Assembly (NCBI GenBank): GCA_036163585.1
Contig: JAYZKH010000001.1
Location: 1 to 33,511 of the forward strand
Reading direction: 5' to 3'
Length of the DNA stretch: 33,511 nucleotides
Source: Fidelibacterota bacterium
Lineage (GTDB): Bacteria > Fidelibacterota > Marinisomatia > Marinisomatales > Marinisomataceae
Part shown: piece by piece, positions 17,404-27,279 of the stretch
Position numbering within the stretch: position 1 is the stretch's first letter
Layout: the number at the start of each line of letters is the position of its first letter
Notes under the pieces: model-generated
What the model saw: the letters and a program-made list of their open reading frames with translations, nothing else
Told to the model about the DNA's origin: nothing
Databases searched by the model: none
Program-made: the position numbers and the translations under genes

Positions 17404-18692
17404 TATGGTTCAAGCCTTCCCATAGTTCTTGGAAAAGGAATTGTCTCTCTAACATGATCAATTCCACATATCCAAGAAACTGTTCTCTCAAGACCTAAAC
17501 CAAAACCAGAATGAGGAACAGATCCGTATTTTCTCAAATCTAAATACCATTTGAATGCATCAACAGGCAAACCATGATCTTCAATACGTTTTACAAGCAA
17601 GTCATGGTCATCCTCTCTCTGCCCTCCTCCAACTATTTCTCCATATCCTTCTGGTGCGATGACATCTACCCCTAATGCATACTTATCAGTATCATCTCTT
17701 TTCATATAGAAAGCTTTGGTTTCATGTGGCCAAGAATGTATCATAACAGGTTTATCAAATTCAGAAGCTATTGCTTCTTCATCAGGAGCTCCAAAATCAC
17801 TCCCATATTTAAAATCATGTTTTTTATCTTTAAGTATTTTTAATGCATCATCATAGGATATTCTTGGAAATGGTGTAGAGATATCTTTTAGCTTTGACAA
17901 GTCTCTATCGAGAATTTGTAACTCTTCAGAGCAGTGTTCCAATGATTCAGAAACGATGTAAGATATAAATTCTTCAATTAAATCCATATTTTGATTTATG
18001 TCACAATAGGCAATTTCAGGCTCAACCATCCAGAATTCTGTAAGATGTTTCCTTGTTTTTGACTTTTCCGCTCTAAAACAAGGCCCAAAACAATAAGTCT
18101 TTCCAAATGCCATAGCACCCGCTTCTTGATACAATTGACCGCTTTGTGTTAAGTATGCAGATCTATTAAAATAATCAGTTTCGAAAAGTGTTGTTGTTCC
18201 TTCTACAGCATTGCCAGTAAACATAGGAGAATCAATTAAAACAAAGCCTCTATCATCAAAGAAATCTCGTATTGATTTTATTATTCTTTGTCTAATTTTC
18301 ATAATCGCAAATTGTTTTTTTGATCTTAACCATAAATGTCGATTATCCATTAAAAAGCTTACACCATGATCTTTTAGAGATATTGGATATTCATCAGCAA
18401 TGTGAACTACTTCAATATCGCTTGCAATAATTTCAACACCGCCTTCAGATCTTTTGTCTTCTTGCACCTTTCCTTTAACAATGAGAGAAGATTCTTGAGT
18501 TAAAACATTTTCGAGTTTGAAAACATCATCATTAACATCATTTTTTGATACAACACATTGGACATAGCCAGTACCATCTCTTACAATGACAAACCATATT
18601 TTTCCAACTGAGCGCATATTGTAAACCCAACCGTTTACTTGCACTTCTTTACCGATAAAATCTTTTAAATTTCTTATATCTATTTGACTCAT
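17403..18692 (-). CDS. asnS: Asparagine--tRNA ligase
   Basis: OB fold GWVYNMR...RDGTG, YLTQSGQLY, FRAEKSKTRKHLTEFWM and PHSGFGLGLER. Start set at MSQIDI (18692). Confidence 0.97.
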   Translation of the reverse strand: MSQIDIRNLKDFIGKEVQVNGWVYNMRSVGKIWFVIVRDGTGYVQCVVSKNDVNDDVFKLENVLTQESSLIVKGKVQEDKRSEGGVEIIASDIEVVHIADEYPISLKDHGVSFLMDNRHLWLRSKKQFAIMKIRQRIIKSIRDFFDDRGFVLIDSPMFTGNAVEGTTTLFETDYFNRSAYLTQSGQLYQEAGAMAFGKTYCFGPCFRAEKSKTRKHLTEFWMVEPEIAYCDINQNMDLIEEFISYIVSESLEHCSEELQILDRDLSKLKDISTPFPRISYDDALKILKDKKHDFKYGSDFGAPDEEAIASEFDKPVMIHSWPHETKAFYMKRDDTDKYALGVDVIAPEGYGEIVGGGQREDDHDLLVKRIEDHGLPVDAFKWYLDLRKYGSVPHSGFGLGLERTVSWICGIDHVRETIPFPRTMGRLEP

Positions 18693-18696
18693 AATA

Positions 18697-19266
18697 TCAC
18701 CATGTTGATAGCACTGCATTGACAATATCAATCGCAATTTTGTCAATTGCAACATTAATTGCAAGCTCTCTTGAATCTCCAAATTCATCACTATCAGCAG
18801 CATCAATTAATCCATCATTATCATTATCTAAACCATCAGAAGAAGGATCATTATCAATGCTATAAGTTCCAAAGGAAGAAAAATCCTTTGAAAAGAGCTC
18901 TTCATCATCACTACTGTCAATCCAGACTGCTTTTATTCTAATTGAAAAACGATATTCACTTACTTGTTCATTATTATTAAATGCATAAGGACCATCTGAA
19001 ACTGAAACTATATTTCCATTTATGACACTGTCAGCATTTAAATTATTTGAGACCTTTATAATATTTTGTTCGCTAATTTGCTCAACAATTTTATTGGTTA
19101 ACTTTTCTGATAATTCAAATTCAGAAGTTTCATTGACAAACAAAGGGATTGAAACATTTTTAATGTTTGCAGGTATTGATCCAGCCATTGAATAATATGC
19201 ACATCCGGATAATAAAAATATAGCCGAAAAATTAACTATCTTTATTAATCTTCTTTTCAATTCCAT
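18697..19266 (-). CDS. lptE: LptE-family LPS-assembly lipoprotein with Asp-rich insertion
   Basis: Lipobox LSGC-x-YYS, IPANIKNVSIPLFVNET and C-terminal W, downstream of a sigma54-type ATPase as is typical in FCB. Start codon uncertain. Confidence 0.8.
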   Translation of the reverse strand: MELKRRLIKIVNFSAIFLLSGCAYYSMAGSIPANIKNVSIPLFVNETSEFELSEKLTNKIVEQISEQNIIKVSNNLNADSVINGNIVSVSDGPYAFNNNEQVSEYRFSIRIKAVWIDSSDDEELFSKDFSSFGTYSIDNDPSSDGLDNDNDGLIDAADSDEFGDSRELAINVAIDKIAIDIVNAVLSTW

Positions 19267-20434
19267 AATCATTAATCTTCCTATATAATGTTCTTTCACT
19301 CATGCCAAGAGATTTAGCTGCAGCTCTTCTGTTATTATTAAAGTGCTCTAATGTTCTTATAATCATTTCTTTATCTAAATCTGATGTCTTAAAATTGCCT
19401 ATAGCTTTCTCTTTTATCAAAGTATCATCTTCTGAATCTAATCCATCATTATGTATTTTATTGGCAAAATTTTCATTGATATTTTTAGAAGAATTTAATA
19501 TTGAAAGATCAGAGTCTTTTAATATTAGTTTAAGTTCTTCGATGTCTTGTCTTAAAAATAACAATTGTCTTAATATCAGTTCTCTTTCTGCTTGGTCTGG
19601 ATGTTGATTTACTACAACAGGCAATGCTGGGTTATCAGAAAATTCCACTACTTTTTCATCATGTAGTTGTTTTTCAACAATTTCTGCAGTAATTCTTTCT
19701 CCTTTTTCCAAGGTTAAGATACTTTCAACGAAATTTCTTAATTCTCTTACATTCCCTGGCCAATCAAACTTTTGAACTACTTTGATTGCTTCTGGTGTAA
19801 AACCTTTATACTTGATTTTATTTGTTCTAGTAAACTGAAGAGCAAATCTTTCAATAAGAAGTCGAATGTCACCCTTTCGCTGTCTTAAGGATGGGATGTT
19901 TATTGTAACTGTTTTCAACCTATAATAAAGATCTTGTCTAAATTTTCCTTCTTTAACCAATTTTGCTAAATCTTTGTTGGTAGCAGCTATAACTCTAGTA
20001 TCTGTTTTTTTAAGATTAGAATCTCCAACCCTCATATACTCTCCGCTTTCCAACACTCTCAACACTTTAACTTGAGTTTCTAGTGGCATATCTCCAATCT
20101 CATCTAGAAAAATGGTTCCTTTATTTGCTGTTTCAAAATAACCTTTTCTTGATTCACTAGCATCTGTATAAGCACCTTTTTTGTGTCCAAATAATTCACT
20201 TTCAATAATGCCTTCTGGAATAGCACCGCAATTCACAATGACTAAATCATTATTAGAACGTTTGCTTGCAGCATGTATAGCTTTTGCTATTAATTCTTTT
20301 CCAGTTCCAGATTCTCCATTTACTAAAACAGATATATCTACACCAGCAATTTGAGAAACTGTCTCTAATACTTCATTGATTTCTTCACTTTCACCGACAA
20401 TTCCAGTTCGTTGTTTAATTAGATCAATATTCAT
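19232..20434 (-). CDS. Sigma54-interaction-domain (Fis family) regulator lacking a sensory domain
   Basis: Walker A GESGTGKE, ESELFGH, GAYTDA, Walker B FLDEIG, FRQDLYYRL, WPGNVREL and C-terminal HTH AAKSLGMSERTLYRK. Confidence 0.95.
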   Translation of the reverse strand: MNIDLIKQRTGIVGESEEINEVLETVSQIAGVDISVLVNGESGTGKELIAKAIHAASKRSNNDLVIVNCGAIPEGIIESELFGHKKGAYTDASESRKGYFETANKGTIFLDEIGDMPLETQVKVLRVLESGEYMRVGDSNLKKTDTRVIAATNKDLAKLVKEGKFRQDLYYRLKTVTINIPSLRQRKGDIRLLIERFALQFTRTNKIKYKGFTPEAIKVVQKFDWPGNVRELRNFVESILTLEKGERITAEIVEKQLHDEKVVEFSDNPALPVVVNQHPDQAERELILRQLLFLRQDIEELKLILKDSDLSILNSSKNINENFANKIHNDGLDSEDDTLIKEKAIGNFKTSDLDKEMIIRTLEHFNNNRRAAAKSLGMSERTLYRKINDYGIEKKINKDS

Positions 20435-20443
20435 TTTATCCTC

Positions 20444-22444
20444 TTATTTGCTAATACTAATTTCTCTTTCCAAATTTGTAATTTCATCTCTTAAAACTGC
20501 TGCTCTTTCAAATTCAAGATTTTCAGCAGCTTCTAACATCTCTTGCCTAATCATTTCAAGTGCAATTTTTTTATCCTCTTTTAGAAACCTGTCAGTTTTA
20601 ATATCTCTTTTTATACTAATCTCATTTTCTATAAATGATTCTGCAACTTTAGTTGCACCAAGTATTTCATCTTTTGATTTTTCAATAGATTTAGGAGTAA
20701 TATCATTTTTCTTATTAAAATCTTCCTGTATTTTTCTTCTTCGATTAGTCTCATCAATTAAATACTGCATTGAATCTGTATTTTTGTCACCATAAAGAAT
20801 AACTTTGCCTTCCACATTCCTAGCTGCTCTACCAGCAGTTTGTATTAAAGAACTTTTTGATCGTAAAAAACCTTCTTTGTCAGCATCTAGAATCGCAACT
20901 AAAGAAACTTCCGGAAGATCAAGACCTTCTCTTAATAAATTAATTCCAACTAATACATCAAAATCTCCTAACCTTAAATCTCTTAAAATCTTCACTCTTT
21001 CAATTGTTTTAATTTCTGAATGAAGATACCTTACTCTAATATTCATTGTACTCAGATATTCTGATAAATCTTCAGCCATTTTTTTAGTAAGAGTAGTTAC
21101 TAAACATCTTTCTTTTTTTTCAGCCCTTATCTTAATCTCACTAATTAAATCATCTATTTGACCAGATGAGGGTTTAACACTCACTATCGGATCCAGTAAC
21201 CCGGTTGGCCTATTAATAAGTTCAGTAACAACTCCAGAAGATAAATTCAATTCTTTTTCAGCAGGTGTTGCAGAAACATAAATATTCTGATTCTGAATTG
21301 ATTCAAATTCATCAATTTTAAGAGGTCTGTTATCATAAGCTGCAGGCAATCTAAAACCATGTTCTACAAGATTTTCTTTTCTTTTTCTATCTCCATTGTA
21401 CATTCCTTTTATTTGAGGAAGAGTAACATGAGATTCATCAATAATAGTTATGAAATCCTTAGGGAAGAAGTCGATTAATGTCCAAGGTCTTTCTCCTGGT
21501 TTTCTTTCATCAAAATATCTAGAATAGTTTTCGATTCCTGAACAATAACCTACTTCATCAATCATTTCTATATCAAAATTGGTTCTCTGACTTAATCTTT
21601 GTGCCTCTAATAATTTTTCATTTTTATTGAAGTAGTCTATTCTATCTTTTAAATCTTTTTTCATTTCTTTGATTATTTTTTTATTTTTTTGTTTATCTGA
21701 AACAAAATGTCTTGCTGGATAAAGAAAGATTTCCTCAATTTCTTGTATTTCTTCTCCAGTTATAGGGTTAAATGTCACAATCGATTCTAACTTATCATCA
21801 AAAATATCAACTCTAATTGCATTTTGTTCATATGCCGGAAATATTTCAAAGATATCTCCCATAATTCTAAAGTTACATCTCTCAAGCACTTGATCATTTC
21901 TTTGATAGTAAATATCAATAAGAGATTCAGTCAATTCTCTTCGATTTATATTTTCTCCTTTTTTGATTGATATAATCTGATTTTTATATTCTTTAGGAGA
22001 ACCTAAACCATATATACAAGATACTGAACTAACTACAATGACATCGTTTCTTTCAATTAGAGAACTTGTAGCTTTCAATCTTAACCTGTCTATTTCCTCA
22101 TCCATCGAAAAATCTTTTTCAATAAAAGTATCTGTAACTGGCATATATGATTCTGGTTGATAATAGTCATAGTAACTAATAAAGTATTCTACTGCATTGT
22201 TAGGAAACAGGCTTTTAAACTCGCCGTATAGTTGTGCTGCTAATGTTTTATTATGAGATATGACTAAGGTTGGTCTCTGAATTTTTTCAATTACTTTTGC
22301 AATAGTATAAGTTTTTCCAGAACCTGTAACTCCTAACAAAGTCTGATGTTTCATATTAGAATTGATCCCATCCGAAAGTTCATTGATAGCTCTTGGTTGG
22401 TCGCCAGAAGGTTTAAAATCAGAAATTAGTTGAAAGTCTGCCAT
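20444..22444 (-). CDS. uvrB: Excinuclease ABC subunit B
   Basis: GDQP, LGVTGSGKT, YFISYYDYYQPE, DESH, GINLLREGLDLPEV, QTAGRAARN and UVR domain FERAAVLRD. Confidence 0.99.
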   Translation of the reverse strand: MADFQLISDFKPSGDQPRAINELSDGINSNMKHQTLLGVTGSGKTYTIAKVIEKIQRPTLVISHNKTLAAQLYGEFKSLFPNNAVEYFISYYDYYQPESYMPVTDTFIEKDFSMDEEIDRLRLKATSSLIERNDVIVVSSVSCIYGLGSPKEYKNQIISIKKGENINRRELTESLIDIYYQRNDQVLERCNFRIMGDIFEIFPAYEQNAIRVDIFDDKLESIVTFNPITGEEIQEIEEIFLYPARHFVSDKQKNKKIIKEMKKDLKDRIDYFNKNEKLLEAQRLSQRTNFDIEMIDEVGYCSGIENYSRYFDERKPGERPWTLIDFFPKDFITIIDESHVTLPQIKGMYNGDRKRKENLVEHGFRLPAAYDNRPLKIDEFESIQNQNIYVSATPAEKELNLSSGVVTELINRPTGLLDPIVSVKPSSGQIDDLISEIKIRAEKKERCLVTTLTKKMAEDLSEYLSTMNIRVRYLHSEIKTIERVKILRDLRLGDFDVLVGINLLREGLDLPEVSLVAILDADKEGFLRSKSSLIQTAGRAARNVEGKVILYGDKNTDSMQYLIDETNRRRKIQEDFNKKNDITPKSIEKSKDEILGATKVAESFIENEISIKRDIKTDRFLKEDKKIALEMIRQEMLEAAENLEFERAAVLRDEITNLEREISISK

Positions 22445-22456
22445 ATTGTCTCTTTA

Positions 22457-22485
22457 AATTTAAGTTTTCTGAATAAAAAAAACAA
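22457..22485 (-). promoter_or_regulatory. Sigma70-type promoter for the uvrB-led operon
   Basis: Minus strand TTGTTT-N17-TAAATT, 12 nt upstream of the ATG. Confidence 0.45.
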
Positions 22486-22508
22486 TCTATAAAGTATGAC
22501 AATAGGTT

Positions 22509-23060
22509 TTATTTTTTTACACTAATTTTGTAAAAAAATTGTAAGTAAGTGAATAAACTAAGAGCTAAAAGTACGGTAGCAATATAAACTAAAATCTCAG
22601 CAAAATTAAAAATAGCTTCGAATTTCAATGCATATATTGCAAACCCAAGTGTTAAAATTCCAACTCCCCATTTACCAATAAAGTTAGATCCCAAAACACC
22701 TCCCATTTTAGGTAAGTAAAGCAAAGAAAGAATTAGTAGCAAAAGTTGTCTAAAAAAATAAAAAATGCAAAACCAGACAGGAATAAAACCTTTTATCGAT
22801 AAAATAATTGAGAATATGAATAAAGTTAAATTATCTGCTAAAGGATCAAGCATTTTTCCTAAATCCGATACTTGATTTAAATGTCTTGCTAGGATTCCAT
22901 CAAGAAAATCTGAAATAATTGTAATAACTAATAGAATATAAAAATAAGTCATATAATCGAAATAATATGACATAAGCAGTGGAACCATTAAAATAAGCCT
23001 AGTAATAGTAACCAAATTTGGTATAAGAAAGATGTCGCTAACCTTAAAAACTTTACCCAT
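22509..23060 (-). CDS. CDP-alcohol phosphatidyltransferase (PgsA-like)
   Basis: PNLVTITR and DFLDGILAR..NQVSDLGKMLDPLAD signature. Confidence 0.93.
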   Translation of the reverse strand: MGKVFKVSDIFLIPNLVTITRLILMVPLLMSYYFDYMTYFYILLVITIISDFLDGILARHLNQVSDLGKMLDPLADNLTLFIFSIILSIKGFIPVWFCIFYFFRQLLLLILSLLYLPKMGGVLGSNFIGKWGVGILTLGFAIYALKFEAIFNFAEILVYIATVLLALSLFTYLQFFYKISVKK

Positions 23061-24327
23061 CTAGAATCACAGACATTAGTTTTTTAGTCGAACCAAGATT
23101 ATGCTCAATTACACTTTTTGATGAAGTGCTAGCATATAAATAGGAATCTTTATTCGATAAATTGGTAAATATATTCATCAAATCCTTAGATGAATTCACA
23201 GTAAATGCTGCTGAATTACTTAATAATTGATTTGCTTCTAAAAAATTTGAATTTGAATAATTTTTGCCGAAAATAACAGGATTGCTAGCAACAGCTGGTT
23301 CCATAATATTATGAATTCCTCCATTCGAGAATCCTCCTCCCACATAAGAGATATATGATTGCCAGTATAGCTTATATAAAATTCCAACTGCATTTATAAT
23401 GATAACATCTTCTTCGATATTTCTCATGTCACAATATTCATCTATAACTCTGTAAGATAGATTATTTTCTTTAGCTAATATTATGTAGTTATCGATAATG
23501 CCTTCTGAAAGCTCATGTGGAACAAGAATAATTTTTGAGTCGGGGTGTTTTTTTAGTAAATCAAATATATCTGGAAATAGTATTTTATCATCTTCAGGCC
23601 ACAAACTTGCAAATAAAAATAGTTTTTTCTCAATTCTATCAGTCAAAGAAAGTTTAATGTTAACATTTTCTGATTTCATATGAGCCACATCAAAACGAGG
23701 GTTTCCCATAGCCATAAATCTTTTATTATTAATAATCTTCTTTAAATTGGATAAATCTTTGGAAGAAACAGTAAAAATTTCATTAATCTGTGCATATACA
23801 GCTTTATACAAACTTCTTCCTATAAATGAGAGTTTGAAACTATTTGAATGAATTCTTAATGAAATTAATAAAGTCTTAATTCCCAATATCTTACAGATAG
23901 ATATCACATTCGGCCAAACATCATAAGAAGCGATAATAAATTTAGAAGGCTTAACAATTTTTAAAGAACGATATAGAGAAATCAGAAAATCAAAAGGCAA
24001 ATAAATTTTGCAATCAATATTACCATCATTCACATTATTAAATCCTGATGGAGAAAAAAATGATACAATAATGCCAATATTATTGTCTTCTTTTAATTCA
24101 GCAATAATAGATTGTACTTGTTGATATTCTCCATGAGAAGAAACATGAAACCAATAATTTTTTGAGAAAGAATTGTTATTTTTAAATTTTATTAATTCTC
24201 TTCTAGAATTAAATCTACCGAAAAAACCTAACCGAATTTTTTTATTAAAAGGAATTAAAAACAATGCTAATACAAAAAATAATGGATAAATAATCAAATT
24301 GTAAATTGTTAGCCAAATATATTTCAT
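23053..24327 (-). CDS. waaA: 3-deoxy-D-manno-octulosonic acid transferase
   Basis: WFHVSSHGE, SFFSPSG, YLPFD, VPHE and VGGGF...HNIMEPA. Confidence 0.9.
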   Translation of the reverse strand: MKYIWLTIYNLIIYPLFFVLALFLIPFNKKIRLGFFGRFNSRRELIKFKNNNSFSKNYWFHVSSHGEYQQVQSIIAELKEDNNIGIIVSFFSPSGFNNVNDGNIDCKIYLPFDFLISLYRSLKIVKPSKFIIASYDVWPNVISICKILGIKTLLISLRIHSNSFKLSFIGRSLYKAVYAQINEIFTVSSKDLSNLKKIINNKRFMAMGNPRFDVAHMKSENVNIKLSLTDRIEKKLFLFASLWPEDDKILFPDIFDLLKKHPDSKIILVPHELSEGIIDNYIILAKENNLSYRVIDEYCDMRNIEEDVIIINAVGILYKLYWQSYISYVGGGFSNGGIHNIMEPAVASNPVIFGKNYSNSNFLEANQLLSNSAAFTVNSSKDLMNIFTNLSNKDSYLYASTSSKSVIEHNLGSTKKLMSVILDG

Positions 24328-25325
24328 ATTTTCATAGAGTTGTTGATACTGTTAAACACTTTTTCGCTATCTATTTCAGACATGCAATATTGTTCTTTTC
24401 TGTAACAAGGTCTACTTCCATTTTGAGAACAAGGTCTACACCATAAATCTTTATTTTCAATTAGAATAGAATTTTCTAAAACAACTCCTGCTCCTGTCTC
24501 TCGTGATGTAGGCCCAAGAATCATCGTAACAGGTGTATTCATTGCTTCAGATATATGAAGTAATCCTGTATCGCTTCCTATAGTATGTTTGGAAAATTTT
24601 AATATACCCATTGCCATTCTTAAGGTAGTACGATCTTTAAGGTTGATAATATTTTCACTCTTTATAATTTGATCACAAATACTATCATTAGTAGATCCCA
24701 AAATAACGATTTTAGAATTAAATGCTCTAACTAATCTGGTCATTAAATTGTTATAATTATCAATAGACCATTGTTTCTGACTCCAAGCTGCACCAGGAAC
24801 TATTGTGATAAAATTATCTCCAATACTATTGTCAAATAAATATTCTTTTGTGTCTTCTATTTCTTCTTTGGATAAATGTAGTTTTGTTTTTGGAAACATA
24901 TCTTTTTTTCCAATTAAAGAATGGTACATTTTAATATGACTAAAGTTCTTTTCAAAAAAATTCTGATAAGTATAGAAAAGCATGAATCTTCTAAGTCTGG
25001 GTTTTTTAATCTGTTTAAATAAATGATTCCTCAAGAAGAATGACAAAACTTTTGTTCTAAATACACTATGTATGTCATATACAATATCATAATTATTGCT
25101 TCTAAGGCTTCTTCCAAGCTTTACAAGCTCTTTGAAACCAAGTTTTTTGTTAAAAACGATAGTATTATCAATTAGAGGATGATTCTTAATAATATCAACA
25201 AATTCAGATTTAATGAGAAAGTCAATTTTAGATTCAGGAAATTTATCTTTAACAGATTGAAGGAAGGATGTTGACAAAACAATATCGCCAATAGAACTCA
25301 TTCGTATAATAAGAATTTTTTTCAT
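24324..25325 (-). CDS. GT9 LPS heptosyltransferase (WaaF-like)
   Basis: ILIIRMSSIGDIVL, PGAAWSQKQW, DTGLLHIS and GPT...CRPCS. Confidence 0.9.
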   Translation of the reverse strand: MKKILIIRMSSIGDIVLSTSFLQSVKDKFPESKIDFLIKSEFVDIIKNHPLIDNTIVFNKKLGFKELVKLGRSLRSNNYDIVYDIHSVFRTKVLSFFLRNHLFKQIKKPRLRRFMLFYTYQNFFEKNFSHIKMYHSLIGKKDMFPKTKLHLSKEEIEDTKEYLFDNSIGDNFITIVPGAAWSQKQWSIDNYNNLMTRLVRAFNSKIVILGSTNDSICDQIIKSENIINLKDRTTLRMAMGILKFSKHTIGSDTGLLHISEAMNTPVTMILGPTSRETGAGVVLENSILIENKDLWCRPCSQNGSRPCYRKEQYCMSEIDSEKVFNSINNSMKI

Positions 25326-26050
25326 TACTCGTCTTGATTAAATAATCTGTTTGATATCCAAGAAACAAGAATACTAATCTCATACAAGATAACCATTGGT
25401 ATAGACATAATTATTAAACTGATAGGATCTGGCGGTGTAATAATTGCTGATAATATTACAGTAATCATTATTGCTTCCCTTCGAAATCTTCTCAAGAAAC
25501 TAGGTGTAATGATTCCAATGGATGAAAAAAGAAATGATGCAATTGGCATTTCGAAGATTAAACCTGAGCCAATAATTAATGCTAAAACAAAACTGAAGTA
25601 ATAGTTGATAGAGAAATTATTCTGAACATTTTCAGTTACCATTGATGCAAAAAAATTCAATGAAAATGGTAAAATTACCATATAAGCAAAAATAGCACCT
25701 AATATGAAACATAGAAATACTGTTATAATCAAAGGGAGTAAGATTTTTCTTTCTCTATTATACAATCCAGGAGAAACAAATTTCCATATTTGTATAGTAA
25801 TAACTGGTATAGATAATATAAAACCTCCAATAATGGCAAGATTCCATTTCAATATAAACATACCTTGAGGAGTAAGTGTTTGTAAGCCAATTCCTCGATT
25901 ATCTGCAGGAGCTGTAAGCATATAAACTAAATAATCTGCAAAATTAAAAGTAAGAATTGCCATTACTAAAATTGAACCTAAAGATTTCAGTATTCTCCAT
26001 CTCAGTTCTTCAAGATGATCAATGAAACCCATATCTGAATTATTATTCAT
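25325..26050 (-). CDS. tatC: Twin-arginine translocase subunit TatC
   Basis: DHLEELRWR, WKFVSPGLY, FEMP, AIITPPDP and LYEISI. Confidence 0.97.
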   Translation of the reverse strand: MNNNSDMGFIDHLEELRWRILKSLGSILVMAILTFNFADYLVYMLTAPADNRGIGLQTLTPQGMFILKWNLAIIGGFILSIPVITIQIWKFVSPGLYNRERKILLPLIITVFLCFILGAIFAYMVILPFSLNFFASMVTENVQNNFSINYYFSFVLALIIGSGLIFEMPIASFLFSSIGIITPSFLRRFRREAIMITVILSAIITPPDPISLIIMSIPMVILYEISILVSWISNRLFNQDE

Positions 26051-26937
26051 TTCTCCTTCTTTATTATTTCTTTTATCTGACCTTCTATTTCAGATCTTTT
26101 CTCATCAAGTATACGATTTTCAACTATCTTTCTCACCCTTCTTGTAAAACGTTCTTCACGACGAGATTTTACACTTTCATTTTTGCTTATTGAATTGTGG
26201 GATTGAATCAATGCCTCTCCAAGCTCTTCAATGCCATCGCCCGTTTTGCAGCTAGTTTTAAAAATTTGCTTATTAGCTGAATCTTTTTTTGTTGATGAAA
26301 TAACATTCTTTATTGATTTTACCATAAGGTTTGATTCATCTCTATCATATTTATTAATGATAAACATATCAGCTAACTCTAATATTCCAGCTTTTAGTAA
26401 TTGAATTTCATCTCCAGATTCTGGTACAAAAACCAACATAGTTAAATCGGTAATTTCTGAAACACTATATTCAGACTGACCAATTCCAACTGTTTCAATA
26501 AATACTATATCTTTCCCTGTAAATGCAAGAATATCAGAAAAATCTTCTGCTAACTCTGTAATACCACCTAATTCAGCACGAGAACCCATACTTCTAACAA
26601 AAACATCTTCATCATCAACTGCATTATTTATTCGTACACGATCTCCTAAAAATGATCCTCCTGTAATTGGACTTGAAGGATCAATTGCAATAACACCAAC
26701 AGATATATTTTTACTTCTTAGTTTGGGAATCAACATATTAATCAATGAACTTTTTCCTGAACCGGGAGGACCTGTAATGCCTATTTTAACAGCATCATTA
26801 GAATGTTTAAAAACATGTTTAGAAACTTCTTCTCTTGAAAATTTTCCAGTTTCAATCCCAGTCATCAAGTCTGAGATTGATATAAAGTCATTCTTTTTTG
26901 CTTTTTTTAATATTTTTTCTAAACTTTTCAAAGCCAC
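26047..26937 (-). CDS. meaB: MeaB/ArgK family G3E GTPase
   Basis: GITGPPGSGKS, AIDPSSPITGGSFLGDRVR, ETVGIGQSE, GDEIQLLKAGILE and NKYD. Confidence 0.92.
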   Translation of the reverse strand: MALKSLEKILKKAKKNDFISISDLMTGIETGKFSREEVSKHVFKHSNDAVKIGITGPPGSGKSSLINMLIPKLRSKNISVGVIAIDPSSPITGGSFLGDRVRINNAVDDEDVFVRSMGSRAELGGITELAEDFSDILAFTGKDIVFIETVGIGQSEYSVSEITDLTMLVFVPESGDEIQLLKAGILELADMFIINKYDRDESNLMVKSIKNVISSTKKDSANKQIFKTSCKTGDGIEELGEALIQSHNSISKNESVKSRREERFTRRVRKIVENRILDEKRSEIEGQIKEIIKKEK

Positions 26938-26978
26938 CCATTAATTTAAGTTGTACAATTTTTAAAACTAGAAATTTA

Positions 26979-27007
26979 TTGACATCCATTTTTGAAAAGA
27001 ATAAGTT
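26979..27007 (+). promoter_or_regulatory. Sigma70 promoter of rpsT
   Basis: TTGACA-N17-TAAGTT ending 11 nt before ATG 27019; no Shine-Dalgarno. Confidence 0.65.
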
Positions 27008-27018
27008 GCGAAGCATTT

Positions 27019-27279
27019 ATGGTAGACAGACATAAACAACAAATAAAGCGAGATAGACAAGATTTAAAGCGTAGAGAAATTAACTCTCAAAATAAATCTA
27101 GAATGAGAACATTAATTAGAAGTGTTCTATCTGAAAAAGATGCTGAAAAAGCAAAAAATCTTTATGGAGATGCTGTATCTTTTATAGATAAAATGGCAAG
27201 CAAGAACCTAATTCATAAAAATAATGCTGCCAGACAAAAATCAAAGATTACTAATCACTTAAATTCTCTAAGTAAATAA
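27019..27279 (+). CDS. rpsT: 30S ribosomal protein S20
   Basis: Basic 86-aa protein with N...KSRMRT and IDKMASKNLIHKNNAARQKSK. Start set at ATG 27019. Confidence 0.95.
   Translation: MVDRHKQQIKRDRQDLKRREINSQNKSRMRTLIRSVLSEKDAEKAKNLYGDAVSFIDKMASKNLIHKNNAARQKSKITNHLNSLSK

Noticed and set aside
18693-18806. 38-aa N-terminal extension of AsnS
   Set aside because: It overlaps lptE; the natural start MSQIDI at 18692 follows the lptE stop and an SD-like GGTGA.
22445-22508. SOS/LexA box upstream of uvrB
   Set aside because: No recognisable LexA palindrome was found.
26992-27018. TTG start for rpsT
   Set aside because: It falls within the predicted promoter; ATG 27019 gives a normal S20 length.
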